Below are positions 48,714 through 58,548 of a stretch of DNA of 64,000 nucleotides, one piece after another (within the stretch, counting starts at the first letter, position 1; each line of letters begins with the position of its first letter). The notes under the pieces are model-generated. The model saw only the letters and a list, made by a program, of their open reading frames with translations. It was not told the DNA's origin and did not search any database. A program made the position numbers and the translations under genes. Origin of the DNA: Terriglobia bacterium (GTDB taxonomy: Bacteria; Acidobacteriota; Terriglobia; Versatilivoradales; Versatilivoraceae); assembly GCA_965215235.1 (NCBI GenBank), contig OZ244053.1:3431192-3495191 (forward strand), in the 5' to 3' direction.

Positions 48714-50420
48714 CTAAGAAGCAGCCTCCTGTGTCAGCCTCTTTCGAGCATGGGGGATGAGATCAATCAAGTCAACCTCCTCGATTTTCCTGGTGGCGCG
48801 CTCCACCCATTCCACCTTTCCCAATGCCAGCTTCCTGCTGCCGAAATTGATCCGGTGCGGGATCCCGATCAGATCGGCATCCTTGAACTTTACGCCCGGA
48901 CGCTCGCCTCGGTCATCGAGCAAGACGTCGACGCCCAGACTCCGTAACTCGTGGTAGGCTTTTTCGGCTTCTTCAACCAGAGAGTTATCCTTGGCGTTCA
49001 CCACGCAAAGCAGGCAGTCAAAAGGAGCAATGGAGAGTGGCCAGACGATTCCGTCGGCATCGTGAGCCCTTTCAATGGCCGCAGCCAGGATCCTTTCAAC
49101 CCCAATCCCATAACTCCCCATGACAACAGGAACCTCCCGACCCTGGGGGTTGAGAACCGTGGCTCCCAAACTCTCTGAGTACCGGGTTCCCAGCTTGAAG
49201 ATGTGCCCCACCTCCAGGGCTTTTTGTATGTTCAGCGGAGATTGGCATTGGGGGCAAGCCTCTCCAGCCTGAACCACACGCAAATCGAAGTACTCGGCCT
49301 GGTAATCCCGTCCGGGGGTTACGCCGGAGAGGTGAAAATCGTTCTGGTTGGCTCCGCAGGTCAGATTCTTTCTCCCATTCAGGGTATGGTCGGAAAGAAT
49401 GCGCAACCCCGAGGCCTTCACCGGACCTAACGAACCGGCATCGGCGCCCATGACCGCCTGGATTTCCTCCGGCTGAGCTGGACGAGCTTCACCCCCCAGT
49501 GTCGATTGGAGCTTGGCTTCATTGAGCTGGTGGTCCCCTCGCACCAGGACCAACAAGGATTCGTCGCCAAACCGATAAACCAGGGACTTGATCTGGTGGG
49601 AAGCCGGGACCCGGAGAAAACGGACAATATCTTCAATGGTTTTTTGGCCGGGGGTGGCTATCCGCCGGGGTGTGTCGGGACCCGCTTCATCCACCAAAGG
49701 CGCCAACTCCGAGGTTGCTTTCTCCAAATTGGCGGCGTATCCACAGGCGCAATGGGCAATCATGTCCTCGCCCGCCTCGGTCAGCACCATAAATTCATGA
49801 GACTGGCTCCCACCCATCATGCCACTGCTGGCCTCTACCACTTGATATCGAAGCCCACAGCGGTCATAGATACGACAGTAGAGGGCGTAGTGCTTCTGAT
49901 AGCTGACGTCCAACCCCTCCCAGTTGATATCGAAGGAATAAGAATCTTTCATGGTGAACTGGCGAACCCGCAGCAAGCCCGATTTGGGCCGAGGCTCGTC
50001 ACGAAACTTGGTCTGGATCTGGTACCAGATCTGGGGCAGTTGGCGATAAGAGCGGAGTTCATTACGGGCGATGGAGGCGAAGACTTCCTCATGAGTCATG
50101 CCCAGGCACAGGTCACGGTCGGAGCGGTCCCTGAGACGAAACATGTTCGGTCCCATGCCCTCCCATCGACCGCTCTCTTGCCAGATTTCAGCCGGGTGAA
50201 GGGCGGGTAGAGCAAATTCCTGGGCACCCATGCGATCGAGTTCGTCGCGAATGATCCGGGTGATTTTGAGCATGACCCGCTGGGCCAGAGGCAGGTAGGA
50301 ATAAATGCCCGAGGCCAGTTGTCGAATGTATCCCCCGCGCAGGAGCAGGATATGGCTCGGCGCCTCGGCTTCGGCCGGGGCTTCCCGGAGGGTGGGGATG
50401 AACATTTGACTCCAGCGCAT
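48714..50420 (-). CDS. proS: Proline--tRNA ligase (bacterial type with INS editing domain)
   Basis: 568 aa; N-terminus MRWSQMFIPTLREAP...LLLRGGYIRQLASGIYSYLPL and class II motifs; the length indicates the editing insertion. Confidence 0.9.
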   Translation of the reverse strand: MRWSQMFIPTLREAPAEAEAPSHILLLRGGYIRQLASGIYSYLPLAQRVMLKITRIIRDELDRMGAQEFALPALHPAEIWQESGRWEGMGPNMFRLRDRSDRDLCLGMTHEEVFASIARNELRSYRQLPQIWYQIQTKFRDEPRPKSGLLRVRQFTMKDSYSFDINWEGLDVSYQKHYALYCRIYDRCGLRYQVVEASSGMMGGSQSHEFMVLTEAGEDMIAHCACGYAANLEKATSELAPLVDEAGPDTPRRIATPGQKTIEDIVRFLRVPASHQIKSLVYRFGDESLLVLVRGDHQLNEAKLQSTLGGEARPAQPEEIQAVMGADAGSLGPVKASGLRILSDHTLNGRKNLTCGANQNDFHLSGVTPGRDYQAEYFDLRVVQAGEACPQCQSPLNIQKALEVGHIFKLGTRYSESLGATVLNPQGREVPVVMGSYGIGVERILAAAIERAHDADGIVWPLSIAPFDCLLCVVNAKDNSLVEEAEKAYHELRSLGVDVLLDDRGERPGVKFKDADLIGIPHRINFGSRKLALGKVEWVERATRKIEEVDLIDLIPHARKRLTQEAAS

Positions 50421-50719
50421 GCCGATTCCTCGAGAGGGACTTCAAGCTATTCAGACCGCACCTGGCAACCAGGAACAGAAACGCTAAAGTAGAAAATAAC
50501 GCCCATGGCGTCAAGCGAATTGTGGTGGGAATGGGGGTGGGGCCCAGTCCTTGAAAACCTGGATCAGAAGCGGGAGAAGAGCCGCTTCCAGCAGATTATT
50601 CGTTTGTCAGCACTTGGTTTGTTCGTTAACATTTGACCCGAAAACGCCGGGCCCGAGCGGTAGTGTCAGCCAATGGCCGCGGTTCGGATAAACACCACTT
50701 TCCAGGGGGGATCTCCAAT

Positions 50720-52006
50720 ATGTCCACAGCCGCTAACCCTGATCTTCAAAGAAGGCTTGCCTCAGTCGATCCACAGGTTTCTGAAGCCATCGACCAGGAA
50801 ACACGGCGTCAGGCCTCTCAGCTCGAACTCATTGCTTCCGAGAATTTCGTGAGCGAGGCCATTTTGGAAGCTACCGGAAGTGTGTTCACCAATAAGTATG
50901 CCGAGGGTTATCCCGGTCGACGCTATTATGGGGGCTGTGAGTTCACCGACGTCGTGGAGCGCCTGGCCATCGAGAGGGCCAAACAATTGTTCGGGGCTGA
51001 ACACGCCAACGTACAACCCCACTCCGGAACTCAGGCCAACGTGGCGGTCTACATGACGGTACTGAAGCCGGGAGATACCATTCTCGGCATGAACCTGTCC
51101 CATGGAGGTCACCTCACTCACGGCCACCCGCTCAACTTCTCCGGGAAAATGTATCGGGTCGTTCCCTACGGGGTCAGGAAGGATACGGAAACGATTGATT
51201 ACGACGCTCTGGCTGCACTGGCGGCACAGAATAAACCCAAGCTCATTGTGGTGGGGGCCAGTGCTTATCCCCGTGAAATCGACTTCCAGCGGATCGGAGA
51301 GATCGGTCGGGAGAGCGGCTCCCTGGTGATGGCGGACATGGCCCACGTCGCCGGTTTGGTGGCCGTCGGTGAGCACCCCAGCCCAATCCCCTACTGCGAC
51401 TTCGTCACCACGACGACCCACAAGACCCTGCGCGGACCGCGTGGCGGAATGATCTTGTGCAAGCGAGCCTTCGCAAAGAACTTGAACAGGCTCGTCTTCC
51501 CGGGAACTCAAGGCGGACCGTTGGTGCACGTCATCGCCGCCAAGGCTGTCTGTCTTCAGGAAGCCCTGCGGCCCGACTTCAAAAGCTACATCCGGCAGGT
51601 CAAGCGAAACGCCTCGGAGCTGGCCGACAGCATTCAAGAGAGTGGCTATCGTCTCGTGTCGGGTGGAACCGACAATCACCTGATTCTGGTGGATGTCTTC
51701 TCGAAAGGGATCACCGGTAAACAAGCGGAACTGGCCCTCGACCAAGCCGGAATCACGGTCAATAAGAACACGATTCCCTTTGACACCCATCCCCCCATGG
51801 TGACCAGCGGGATTCGGTTGGGGACGCCCGCGCTCACTTCCCGCGGAATGGCCGAGCCTGAAATGCGACGCATCGGCCAGTGGATCGGCGAGGTTCTGAA
51901 CCAGGTTGAGAATGAGGGGGTTCAGGAAGAAGTTCGCTCCTGCACCAGGGAACTTTCAGACCGTTTCCCTCTCTACCAATCACGGTTAGCCCAATCCGTA
52001 TTCTGA
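50720..52006 (+). CDS. glyA: Serine hydroxymethyltransferase
   Basis: [10 protein letters not shown], the PLP-lysine region [14 protein letters not shown] and the overall length. Confidence 0.9.
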   Translation: MSTAANPDLQRRLASVDPQVSEAIDQETRRQASQLELIASENFVSEAILEATGSVFTNKYAEGYPGRRYYGGCEFTDVVERLAIERAKQLFGAEHANVQPHSGTQANVAVYMTVLKPGDTILGMNLSHGGHLTHGHPLNFSGKMYRVVPYGVRKDTETIDYDALAALAAQNKPKLIVVGASAYPREIDFQRIGEIGRESGSLVMADMAHVAGLVAVGEHPSPIPYCDFVTTTTHKTLRGPRGGMILCKRAFAKNLNRLVFPGTQGGPLVHVIAAKAVCLQEALRPDFKSYIRQVKRNASELADSIQESGYRLVSGGTDNHLILVDVFSKGITGKQAELALDQAGITVNKNTIPFDTHPPMVTSGIRLGTPALTSRGMAEPEMRRIGQWIGEVLNQVENEGVQEEVRSCTRELSDRFPLYQSRLAQSVF

Positions 52007-52135
52007 ATGGGAGTCTCTCGACCCCTTGCCGGACAGGGCTGATATAAGCGCTCCTCATGGGCATAGCGGGGGTTGATCCGGGCAACGGACCGGAACCCGT
52101 CTCCACACCATTCAGCTACCGCCGGGCGGTCAACC

Positions 52136-52849
52136 ATGACCTTGAAAGCTTCTCATCGATCGAAGACCTTGGTGATTGGACACCGGGGAGCAGCCAGCCA
52201 TGCCCTGGAAAATACTGCGCTGTCGTTCTCGAAGGCCATCGAGATGGGTGTGGACGGGATTGAACTCGACATCCGCGAGACCCTCGATCACGAGTTTCTG
52301 GTGATTCACCATGACCACCTCGGCCGCATTTCCCAACAACCACACCGGGTAGACAAGACCGCTGCCGCCGTTCTCAAAAGCGTCGACTTGCACGGGGGCC
52401 TGCAACTTCTGAGCTTGGAGGAAGCCTTCAAAATCATCCCTGCCCGCATTGGGGTCCTGGTAGAGGTAAAGGCGCTTCGCAGTTACTCCAAACTGGTGAA
52501 TCGGGTTGCCCTGGAAAGACGGCGCCGTAACCTCATGCTCACCTCTTTTGATCTCACCTTACTGCTCAAAATCTATCGAATGGACCCACGGCTGTCACTG
52601 GGAGTCGTTTCCAGGAGTCTTCGGAATATCCGTAAAGCTCAGGAAATGGGTGTCGGCTTTTCGAGCGTTTGTCTCGACTACCAGTGTTTGAACCAGCCGC
52701 TGGTCGACGGGTTGAAGACCCTGGACCTGAAAATCTTCGCCTGGACCGTGGATCGACCGCAAGACATGGCAAGGATGCTGGATCTTGAGATCGATGGCAT
52801 CATTTCAAACAAACCCGATCTGCTCAAGAGCTTGGCGGATCAGCAATGA
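52136..52849 (+). CDS. Glycerophosphodiester phosphodiesterase family protein
   Basis: VIGHRGAASHALENT...GIELDI GDPD motif. Confidence 0.75.
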   Translation: MTLKASHRSKTLVIGHRGAASHALENTALSFSKAIEMGVDGIELDIRETLDHEFLVIHHDHLGRISQQPHRVDKTAAAVLKSVDLHGGLQLLSLEEAFKIIPARIGVLVEVKALRSYSKLVNRVALERRRRNLMLTSFDLTLLLKIYRMDPRLSLGVVSRSLRNIRKAQEMGVGFSSVCLDYQCLNQPLVDGLKTLDLKIFAWTVDRPQDMARMLDLEIDGIISNKPDLLKSLADQQ

Positions 52850-53075
52850 AAACCGGAGCCGTTTCAGCGGTTCTGGAGTACAGTCCTATCGAATGAACGC
52901 CAATGCCGGCGCCTTTCTCCAGGATGGATTCGCCACCGACAGTCTCGATAGTCCGACATCGGAAGCCGATAGACGTGGCTGTCTCTGTGGTGGCGCCTGC
53001 CCACCCCCGGAGATTCCGAGTTGATGTGTCTGCATCTCGACCCAAACGAGGCGGTAGCCAGGGAGAAGACAAGAA

Positions 53076-53705
53076 GTGATTTTCGAACACGTGGCCGTAG
53101 GCCCCTTGCAGTGTAACTGCTACATTCTGGGATGTGAGGAAACTCGAGAGGCTCTGGTGATCGACCCAGGGGATGAAGCGGAGTTGATTCTTCCCCTGCT
53201 TGCAAAGCACCAGTTGTCGGTCCAGTATCTTCTGAGCACCCATGCTCACATCGATCATGTGGGCGATCTGGAGAAGCTGAAGGAACAGACAGGCGCGCAG
53301 GTCCTCTTACACGAGAGGGACTTGAAGTTGTACCAAAACCTCCCAATGCAAGCCGCCCGGTTTGGCCTGTCGACGCCACCGATTACCGAGATCGACCATT
53401 TTGTTCACGAGGGAGACCGGATCTCATTCGGGAGACACTCCGGGGAGGTGTTATTCACTCCTGGCCACACTCCCGGGAGCCTCTGCCTGCACTTGCCGGA
53501 GCAAGCGGGGCAGTTGTTTGCAGGAGACACCCTGTTTCAAATGAGTATCGGAAGAACCGACCTCTGGGACGGGTCCTATAAAGACATCATCGCGTCCATA
53601 CGGAACCGACTGCTGGTGCTGGACGAAAATACGGTGGTTTATCCCGGCCATGGTCTCCCCACGACCATTGGGGAGGAAAAACAACACAACCCATTCTTGA
53701 AGTAG
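53076..53705 (+). CDS. MBL-fold hydrolase (hydroxyacylglutathione hydrolase-like)
   Basis: THAHIDHVG (HxHxDH) motif. Confidence 0.8.
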   Translation: MIFEHVAVGPLQCNCYILGCEETREALVIDPGDEAELILPLLAKHQLSVQYLLSTHAHIDHVGDLEKLKEQTGAQVLLHERDLKLYQNLPMQAARFGLSTPPITEIDHFVHEGDRISFGRHSGEVLFTPGHTPGSLCLHLPEQAGQLFAGDTLFQMSIGRTDLWDGSYKDIIASIRNRLLVLDENTVVYPGHGLPTTIGEEKQHNPFLK

Positions 53706-53814
53706 ACCCGATTCGCTTCGACGGCGTCTCGCCAACTGCATGGCCAGGAGACAACCCAGATTGGCTCCTGGCTACAGAGGGGCTCCACTGCCTCCGCAGG
53801 CATCCAGCTTTCCC

Positions 53815-54729
53815 TCAAAGGACGGATTTGACGGCCTCTTCCAGGGTTGCCCGATCCTGGTAGTTGACGAAATGGTGGCGAATGACGCCATCCTTGTCCA
53901 CCAGAAACAGGCTGGGGAATAACTGGATACCCCCATAGGCCTCCTGGACCTCGGCGGTGAGATGGCCCACCGGAAAGTTGATCTTGTGCTTGTCCAGGTA
54001 GGCTGCGCGCTCCGAGTCCGGATAACCCAGATCCAATACCCGATCGGCATTCAGGCCGATCACTGAAAATTGCTGCTCCTCGAATTGTTTCTGCAGGGAG
54101 ACCAGATGGGGGGTAATTTTCACGCAGGGGGGACAGTGGGTAAACCAGAAGTAGACCAAACGAGTTCCCTGGGCCGGCTCGAGGCTGAGGGCGGCTCCAT
54201 CCAGCAACCGGACCGTGAATCGCAGCGCCTTCTTTCCTTCCCAACCGGCAATCGAGCGCTCGATGACCTTGTTAAAGCGCGGGTCCGCCTTGATTTTATC
54301 CAGATCCACCGAAGTAATCTCACCGCTCTCCAGATCGCGATCGAAGAACTGCGGCACCCGTCGGTCGTACTCGACGATCCTGAGAATCACGTCGACCTCT
54401 CCCTCAACAGGCAGATTGAATTGCTCAGCGATTTCTCGAAGCTCAGGCGGCTTTTGGTGAGTGGCATAGTACTGGGCAACGAAATGAGGCACCTTGAAGA
54501 AGATGTTGTATAGTCGACTGAGAACCGTTCGTTCCTCCGGTTTGGTGAAACGCTGGTGCAGTTCCGTCACCAGGACGGGTTTTTCCGGTTTGAGGTGAGT
54601 TTTCAGGTAGCCGATGATTCTCTCTTCCGCCGCTCGTTCCTGCTGTTGAAGGCTGTCGGCCGCAAGGGTTCCAACCCCAATGAATAAGCACACGGCCACC
54701 TTCACCGAGTTCTTCAAAATCCCAATCAT
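53815..54729 (-). CDS. Secreted thioredoxin-fold TlpA-like thiol-disulfide oxidoreductase with an N-terminal extra domain
   Basis: FTHCPPCVKITP (CPPC) redoxin active site in the C-terminal domain. Confidence 0.7.
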   Translation of the reverse strand: MIGILKNSVKVAVCLFIGVGTLAADSLQQQERAAEERIIGYLKTHLKPEKPVLVTELHQRFTKPEERTVLSRLYNIFFKVPHFVAQYYATHQKPPELREIAEQFNLPVEGEVDVILRIVEYDRRVPQFFDRDLESGEITSVDLDKIKADPRFNKVIERSIAGWEGKKALRFTVRLLDGAALSLEPAQGTRLVYFWFTHCPPCVKITPHLVSLQKQFEEQQFSVIGLNADRVLDLGYPDSERAAYLDKHKINFPVGHLTAEVQEAYGGIQLFPSLFLVDKDGVIRHHFVNYQDRATLEEAVKSVL

Positions 54730-55004
54730 GTTGAGATCCTCTCCCTGATGGCTCTTAGGTTCCAATCCGGATCTGCATGAGTCTCCACACCCTCCCGATG
54801 CACGTTGCCAATGGGACTTGCCGAGTCGGAGAGGTGCATTTTTTGTGATCGTTGCAGAGTTACCGAAAGCTGTCAAAAGCCACGATTTACCCGCGTCCAG
54901 GCTTTCAGCCCGACTTCGAAATGACTTCCGCAGCCATCCTCATTAGACTACGGTTGATTATGCAACAAAGCCGCGGACACCGCTAGCACGGAAGGAGGCC
55001 ATGG

Positions 55005-55388
55005 GTGGACTCAACCAGGAATCCTCATCCAGCCGATTTCTATCGAGGCCTGGACTGCTTCAACCGCCAGTTCTACTACGAATGCCACGACCTTTGGGAG
55101 GAAGTTTGGGGAGACGCCAAAGGTAAAGAGAAGCTCTTTTATCAAGCCCTCATCATGTCGGCCGTGTCACTCTACCATTTTGGAAACGAAAATCTGGAAG
55201 GGGCCTTGAGCTGCCACCGGAAGGCCCTGGAGCGATTCCGCCAACTCCCTGGCTGCTTTTTGCGCTTCAACGTTTCGCGATTCGTGCAGCAGATGGAGGA
55301 ATTCTACCGAGGGATTTCTGTCGAACAAACTCGCTGGACCCAGGATTTGCGGGAGAAGCCCCGCCCCACCATTCAACTGGAAAGCTAG
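55005..55388 (+). CDS. DUF309-domain protein
   Basis: FYRGLDCFNRQFYYECHDLWEEVW matches the DUF309 signature. Confidence 0.6.
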   Translation: MDSTRNPHPADFYRGLDCFNRQFYYECHDLWEEVWGDAKGKEKLFYQALIMSAVSLYHFGNENLEGALSCHRKALERFRQLPGCFLRFNVSRFVQQMEEFYRGISVEQTRWTQDLREKPRPTIQLES

Positions 55389-55620
55389 CCAACTCGGACG
55401 CTTCAGGCCAGGACACTCAGTCCGAGTCCCTTCGGATTCGCGTGAGCCGCCTTGACCCGACAAGGGGGAGTGCTACAGGTCGGGCGTCTTAAGGTTTCGG
55501 ACCTTGGTCCTACTCTTCCGGCACCTCGTTGTACTGAGCCGTCGGCGTGAACGGAGCCCGGGAAAATTCGCCGTTCCTTTTCGATTGGATCGGGAGCAGC
55601 CCGCCCTTGGAAAAGATCCG

Positions 55621-56877
55621 TCAAGCGGCGGCCACGCGGGCGACCGGGCGGTAGAGGGTATCCCTTTCAACCGGTTCGCGCCCGGCTTCGCGGATGAGGT
55701 GCTCGATCTCTGCGCGTGTCATTCCGACAGGGGTTCGGGCGCCGGCCATGTGGACAATTTTTTCCTCCACAACCGTCCCGTCCAGATCATCCGCTCCAAA
55801 GTGGAGCCCGATTTGGGCTGTCTGGGCGCCGATCATGATCCAATAGGCTTTGACGTGGGGGAAATTGTCCAGAAGCAGACGGCTTACCGCAATGGTCCGA
55901 AGGTCCAGCATAGCGGTTGGCGCTGGCAGGTGGTTCAACTGAGTGTTGGCCGGATGAAAGGCCAGAGGAATGAAACACTGAAAACCGTGGGTCTCATCCT
56001 GTAGCTCCCTCAACTTGATCAGGTGATCGACTCGTTCTTCCACGGTTTCGACGTGCCCGTAAAGCATGGTGGCGTTGGACTTCAGTCCACAACGGTGGAC
56101 CCTCTTGGCTATTTCGAGCCAGCGCTCGCCGGACACCTTGTGGTCACAAATGATGCCGCGGGCGCGTTCGGCAAAAATCTCCGCTCCTCCTCCGGGGCAA
56201 CTATCCATCCCTGCCTCTCGCAGCGCCTGGATGGTCTCATCAATAGACAGCTTGGCCCGGCGGGCCAGGAAATCAAGCTCAACCATAGTAAAGGCCTTGA
56301 GATGGACTTTGGGAAAGCGTTGCTTCAAACCCCGGAGCAAATCGGTGAAGTAGGAGAAGGAAAGGTAGGGGTGCAAGCCGCCCACGATATGAAACTCGGT
56401 GACGGACTCGGTATAGCCCATCGAGGCATGGTGAAAAGCTTCCTCCAGCGGCATCGTATATCCGCCTTTGCCCGGCTTGCGCGCAAACCCGCAGAACTTA
56501 CAGTCCACCACGCAGACGTTGGTGGGATTCAAGTGCCGGTTGACGTTGAAATACCCGATGTTCCCATTCCATTTTTTCCGAACCCAGTTTGCCAAAGCCC
56601 CCACGGTGTGCAGGTCTGAGGTCCGATAGAGTGTGATTCCCTCCTGAAAAGACAACCTTTCCCCGGCGAGAACCTTGTCACTGATTTGGGCTAGCTCCGG
56701 ACCCATTCGACGGGTATTCAACGGGGAACCTTCCATATCCGGGTTTAACCTCTCTGTCCAAGCCTTCTTAACCGCGCCATCATAGCCGAGGCGCTCAAGC
56801 AGTGTCAAACGGGTGTGCGGGTTCAGTACATGCCCGTGCACCTTGCCTGCTTTTGTGATAGTGAAGATAGCATCCAC
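55621..56877 (-). CDS. Radical SAM enzyme of the futalosine menaquinone pathway (MqnE/MqnC family)
   Basis: CVVDCKFCGF (CxxxCxxC) and the family-typical length; MqnE cannot be distinguished from MqnC by eye. Confidence 0.7.
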   Translation of the reverse strand: MDAIFTITKAGKVHGHVLNPHTRLTLLERLGYDGAVKKAWTERLNPDMEGSPLNTRRMGPELAQISDKVLAGERLSFQEGITLYRTSDLHTVGALANWVRKKWNGNIGYFNVNRHLNPTNVCVVDCKFCGFARKPGKGGYTMPLEEAFHHASMGYTESVTEFHIVGGLHPYLSFSYFTDLLRGLKQRFPKVHLKAFTMVELDFLARRAKLSIDETIQALREAGMDSCPGGGAEIFAERARGIICDHKVSGERWLEIAKRVHRCGLKSNATMLYGHVETVEERVDHLIKLRELQDETHGFQCFIPLAFHPANTQLNHLPAPTAMLDLRTIAVSRLLLDNFPHVKAYWIMIGAQTAQIGLHFGADDLDGTVVEEKIVHMAGARTPVGMTRAEIEHLIREAGREPVERDTLYRPVARVAAA

Positions 56878-57464
56878 TCACGGCTTCGACCTGAGACTTC
56901 GCCGTAAACTCGGACATCCACGAATTCAGTCGAGTCGTCGAACACTCAGCCGAAAGGTGGTCAGATCTTCTGGATCGTAACGCCCCAGCCGCCTGTCTGC
57001 GCCTGTAACATGGCAGACAGGCGCTACCTGCTTGCGCACAGCGCTCAGGCAAGCGCACGGGCGGGCCGATACAGGGTGTCGGGGGCAATGCTGAAGCGCC
57101 GGCGCCTCCCACGAGACTTCTTGCCATCAGCCTGGCGCCAATCGACTCACTCCGGACGCCGCTTGGCCTCCCGGGATAGTTCCACGCCGACCCGCGAGCG
57201 CTTCCCCGGCTTCAATGGGACGGCTCCTCTGGTTCAACGGAAGCACATGAAGCTTCGAAACACGTGCAGCGCTAGTGGCCTCCGAACCTGACTCTAGCGC
57301 CTCTGTGAGGATTTCCCGTGCATCCTTGACGGCGCCTCGTACTACTCAGCCCTCAGACTCAGACGACTCTCTTCCGAGTTATTTTAGCGATTCTGGAAAA
57401 ATCAACCCTCTGAAGCTCCGGTCTGGAGCGCTCCAGTAACCGGGTCGGCTCCTTGCCCTGAAAA

Positions 57465-58448
57465 TCAATCCCCCGCACCCTCTAAAGCGGCTAAAGCACG
57501 CGCCTGGAGAACTCCGTTCCAGGGAGGAACCAGGATCGAAACGTCCCCATAGCACTTCGACTGGCAGGCCAACCGGACCAAAGGGTGCTTCTCGGATTTC
57601 TCCTTCGAGGGTGCGTAGCCAAAATATTCCAAACGGCTCTTCTCGAAATCGGTAACTTCCGACAGGTGTTCCCGGCCGGACAGAATGCCGATCCAGCAGT
57701 AACCGCAAGCAGCACTTCGGCACTGCACCGGCACGGGTCCGGCGATGCGCCGATGATCCAACTCACGAAAATCTCGTTGGTCGTTGCCACTGGCCATCGA
57801 CAGGTCCTGGCCCTCCAAGGCCTCGTAGAAAGAGGCGGAGTTTTTCTCATCAAAGGTCACCCGGTGCCTCTTGGCCTTCCCAAACAGGGACTTCCAGAAA
57901 CCTGCTCCAGCCCTCCGGGACTTCAGGAGCTCGGCAGCCGACTTCTGACTACCGTCCAAGGCAGGCTCGCCGGCGCACTTGGTCAGAGACGACACCCCAA
58001 CTTGCCGCAACACCATCACGCCCACGGCTGTGATGCCTGCTAACAAAGCCTGCTCCACGTTCAGCTTGGCTGCCAGTCTCCTGGACAATCCCAGAATATG
58101 GACATCCAGGCCGACTGTTTCGGGCTCCGAGGCATCCTCGGCGTAGGCCACAACCGCCTGCTTGACCTCCGGCCAATATTTCGACCCAAACAGGAATACC
58201 ACAGAGGTATCGACCTGTTGCTCCAAGCGAGGCTTTCCATCGAGCTGTAAGTCCTTGGCCACTTGACGCGGGTCCTTGGAGCGACCCAGAGCCAGTGAGA
58301 GCTTCAGGGGCCAGAAAGCAAACCAGATTTGCGTGGCCTCTCTGTCGACCGGGTGAATCCGGGGAAGAATTCGAGCCAGGGACTCAGCCCAGACGCGCTC
58401 GTCCAACTGACTCAAATAACTCTCAAAACCAGTCTTGTCGGTAGCCAT
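57465..58448 (-). CDS. Hypothetical protein with a C-terminal plant-type [2Fe-2S] ferredoxin-like Cys motif
   Basis: C-terminus ...VQCRSAACGYCWIG...LACQSKCYGD (Cx4Cx2C...C); the ~240-aa N-terminal domain is unrecognised. It lies 50 bp downstream of the large radical SAM gene on the same strand. Confidence 0.55.
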   Translation of the reverse strand: MATDKTGFESYLSQLDERVWAESLARILPRIHPVDREATQIWFAFWPLKLSLALGRSKDPRQVAKDLQLDGKPRLEQQVDTSVVFLFGSKYWPEVKQAVVAYAEDASEPETVGLDVHILGLSRRLAAKLNVEQALLAGITAVGVMVLRQVGVSSLTKCAGEPALDGSQKSAAELLKSRRAGAGFWKSLFGKAKRHRVTFDEKNSASFYEALEGQDLSMASGNDQRDFRELDHRRIAGPVPVQCRSAACGYCWIGILSGREHLSEVTDFEKSRLEYFGYAPSKEKSEKHPLVRLACQSKCYGDVSILVPPWNGVLQARALAALEGAGD

Positions 58449-58548
58449 AAACTTGATTCCCCACTTTTCGCGCCCAACCAAAAATGGGCTATCCTTCAAG
58501 GATAGCCCATTGATTGCCCCTTGTGATCACCAACGTCCTGCCAAAGCT

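Noticed and set aside
56877-57465. 14-bp perfect palindrome CTGGAGCGCTCCAG (about 57417-57430) and a GTTCCagggaGGAAC palindrome
   Set aside because: Both sit at the 3' end or just downstream of the ferredoxin-domain gene. They are plausibly simple transcription attenuator structures, with no further support for a regulatory role.
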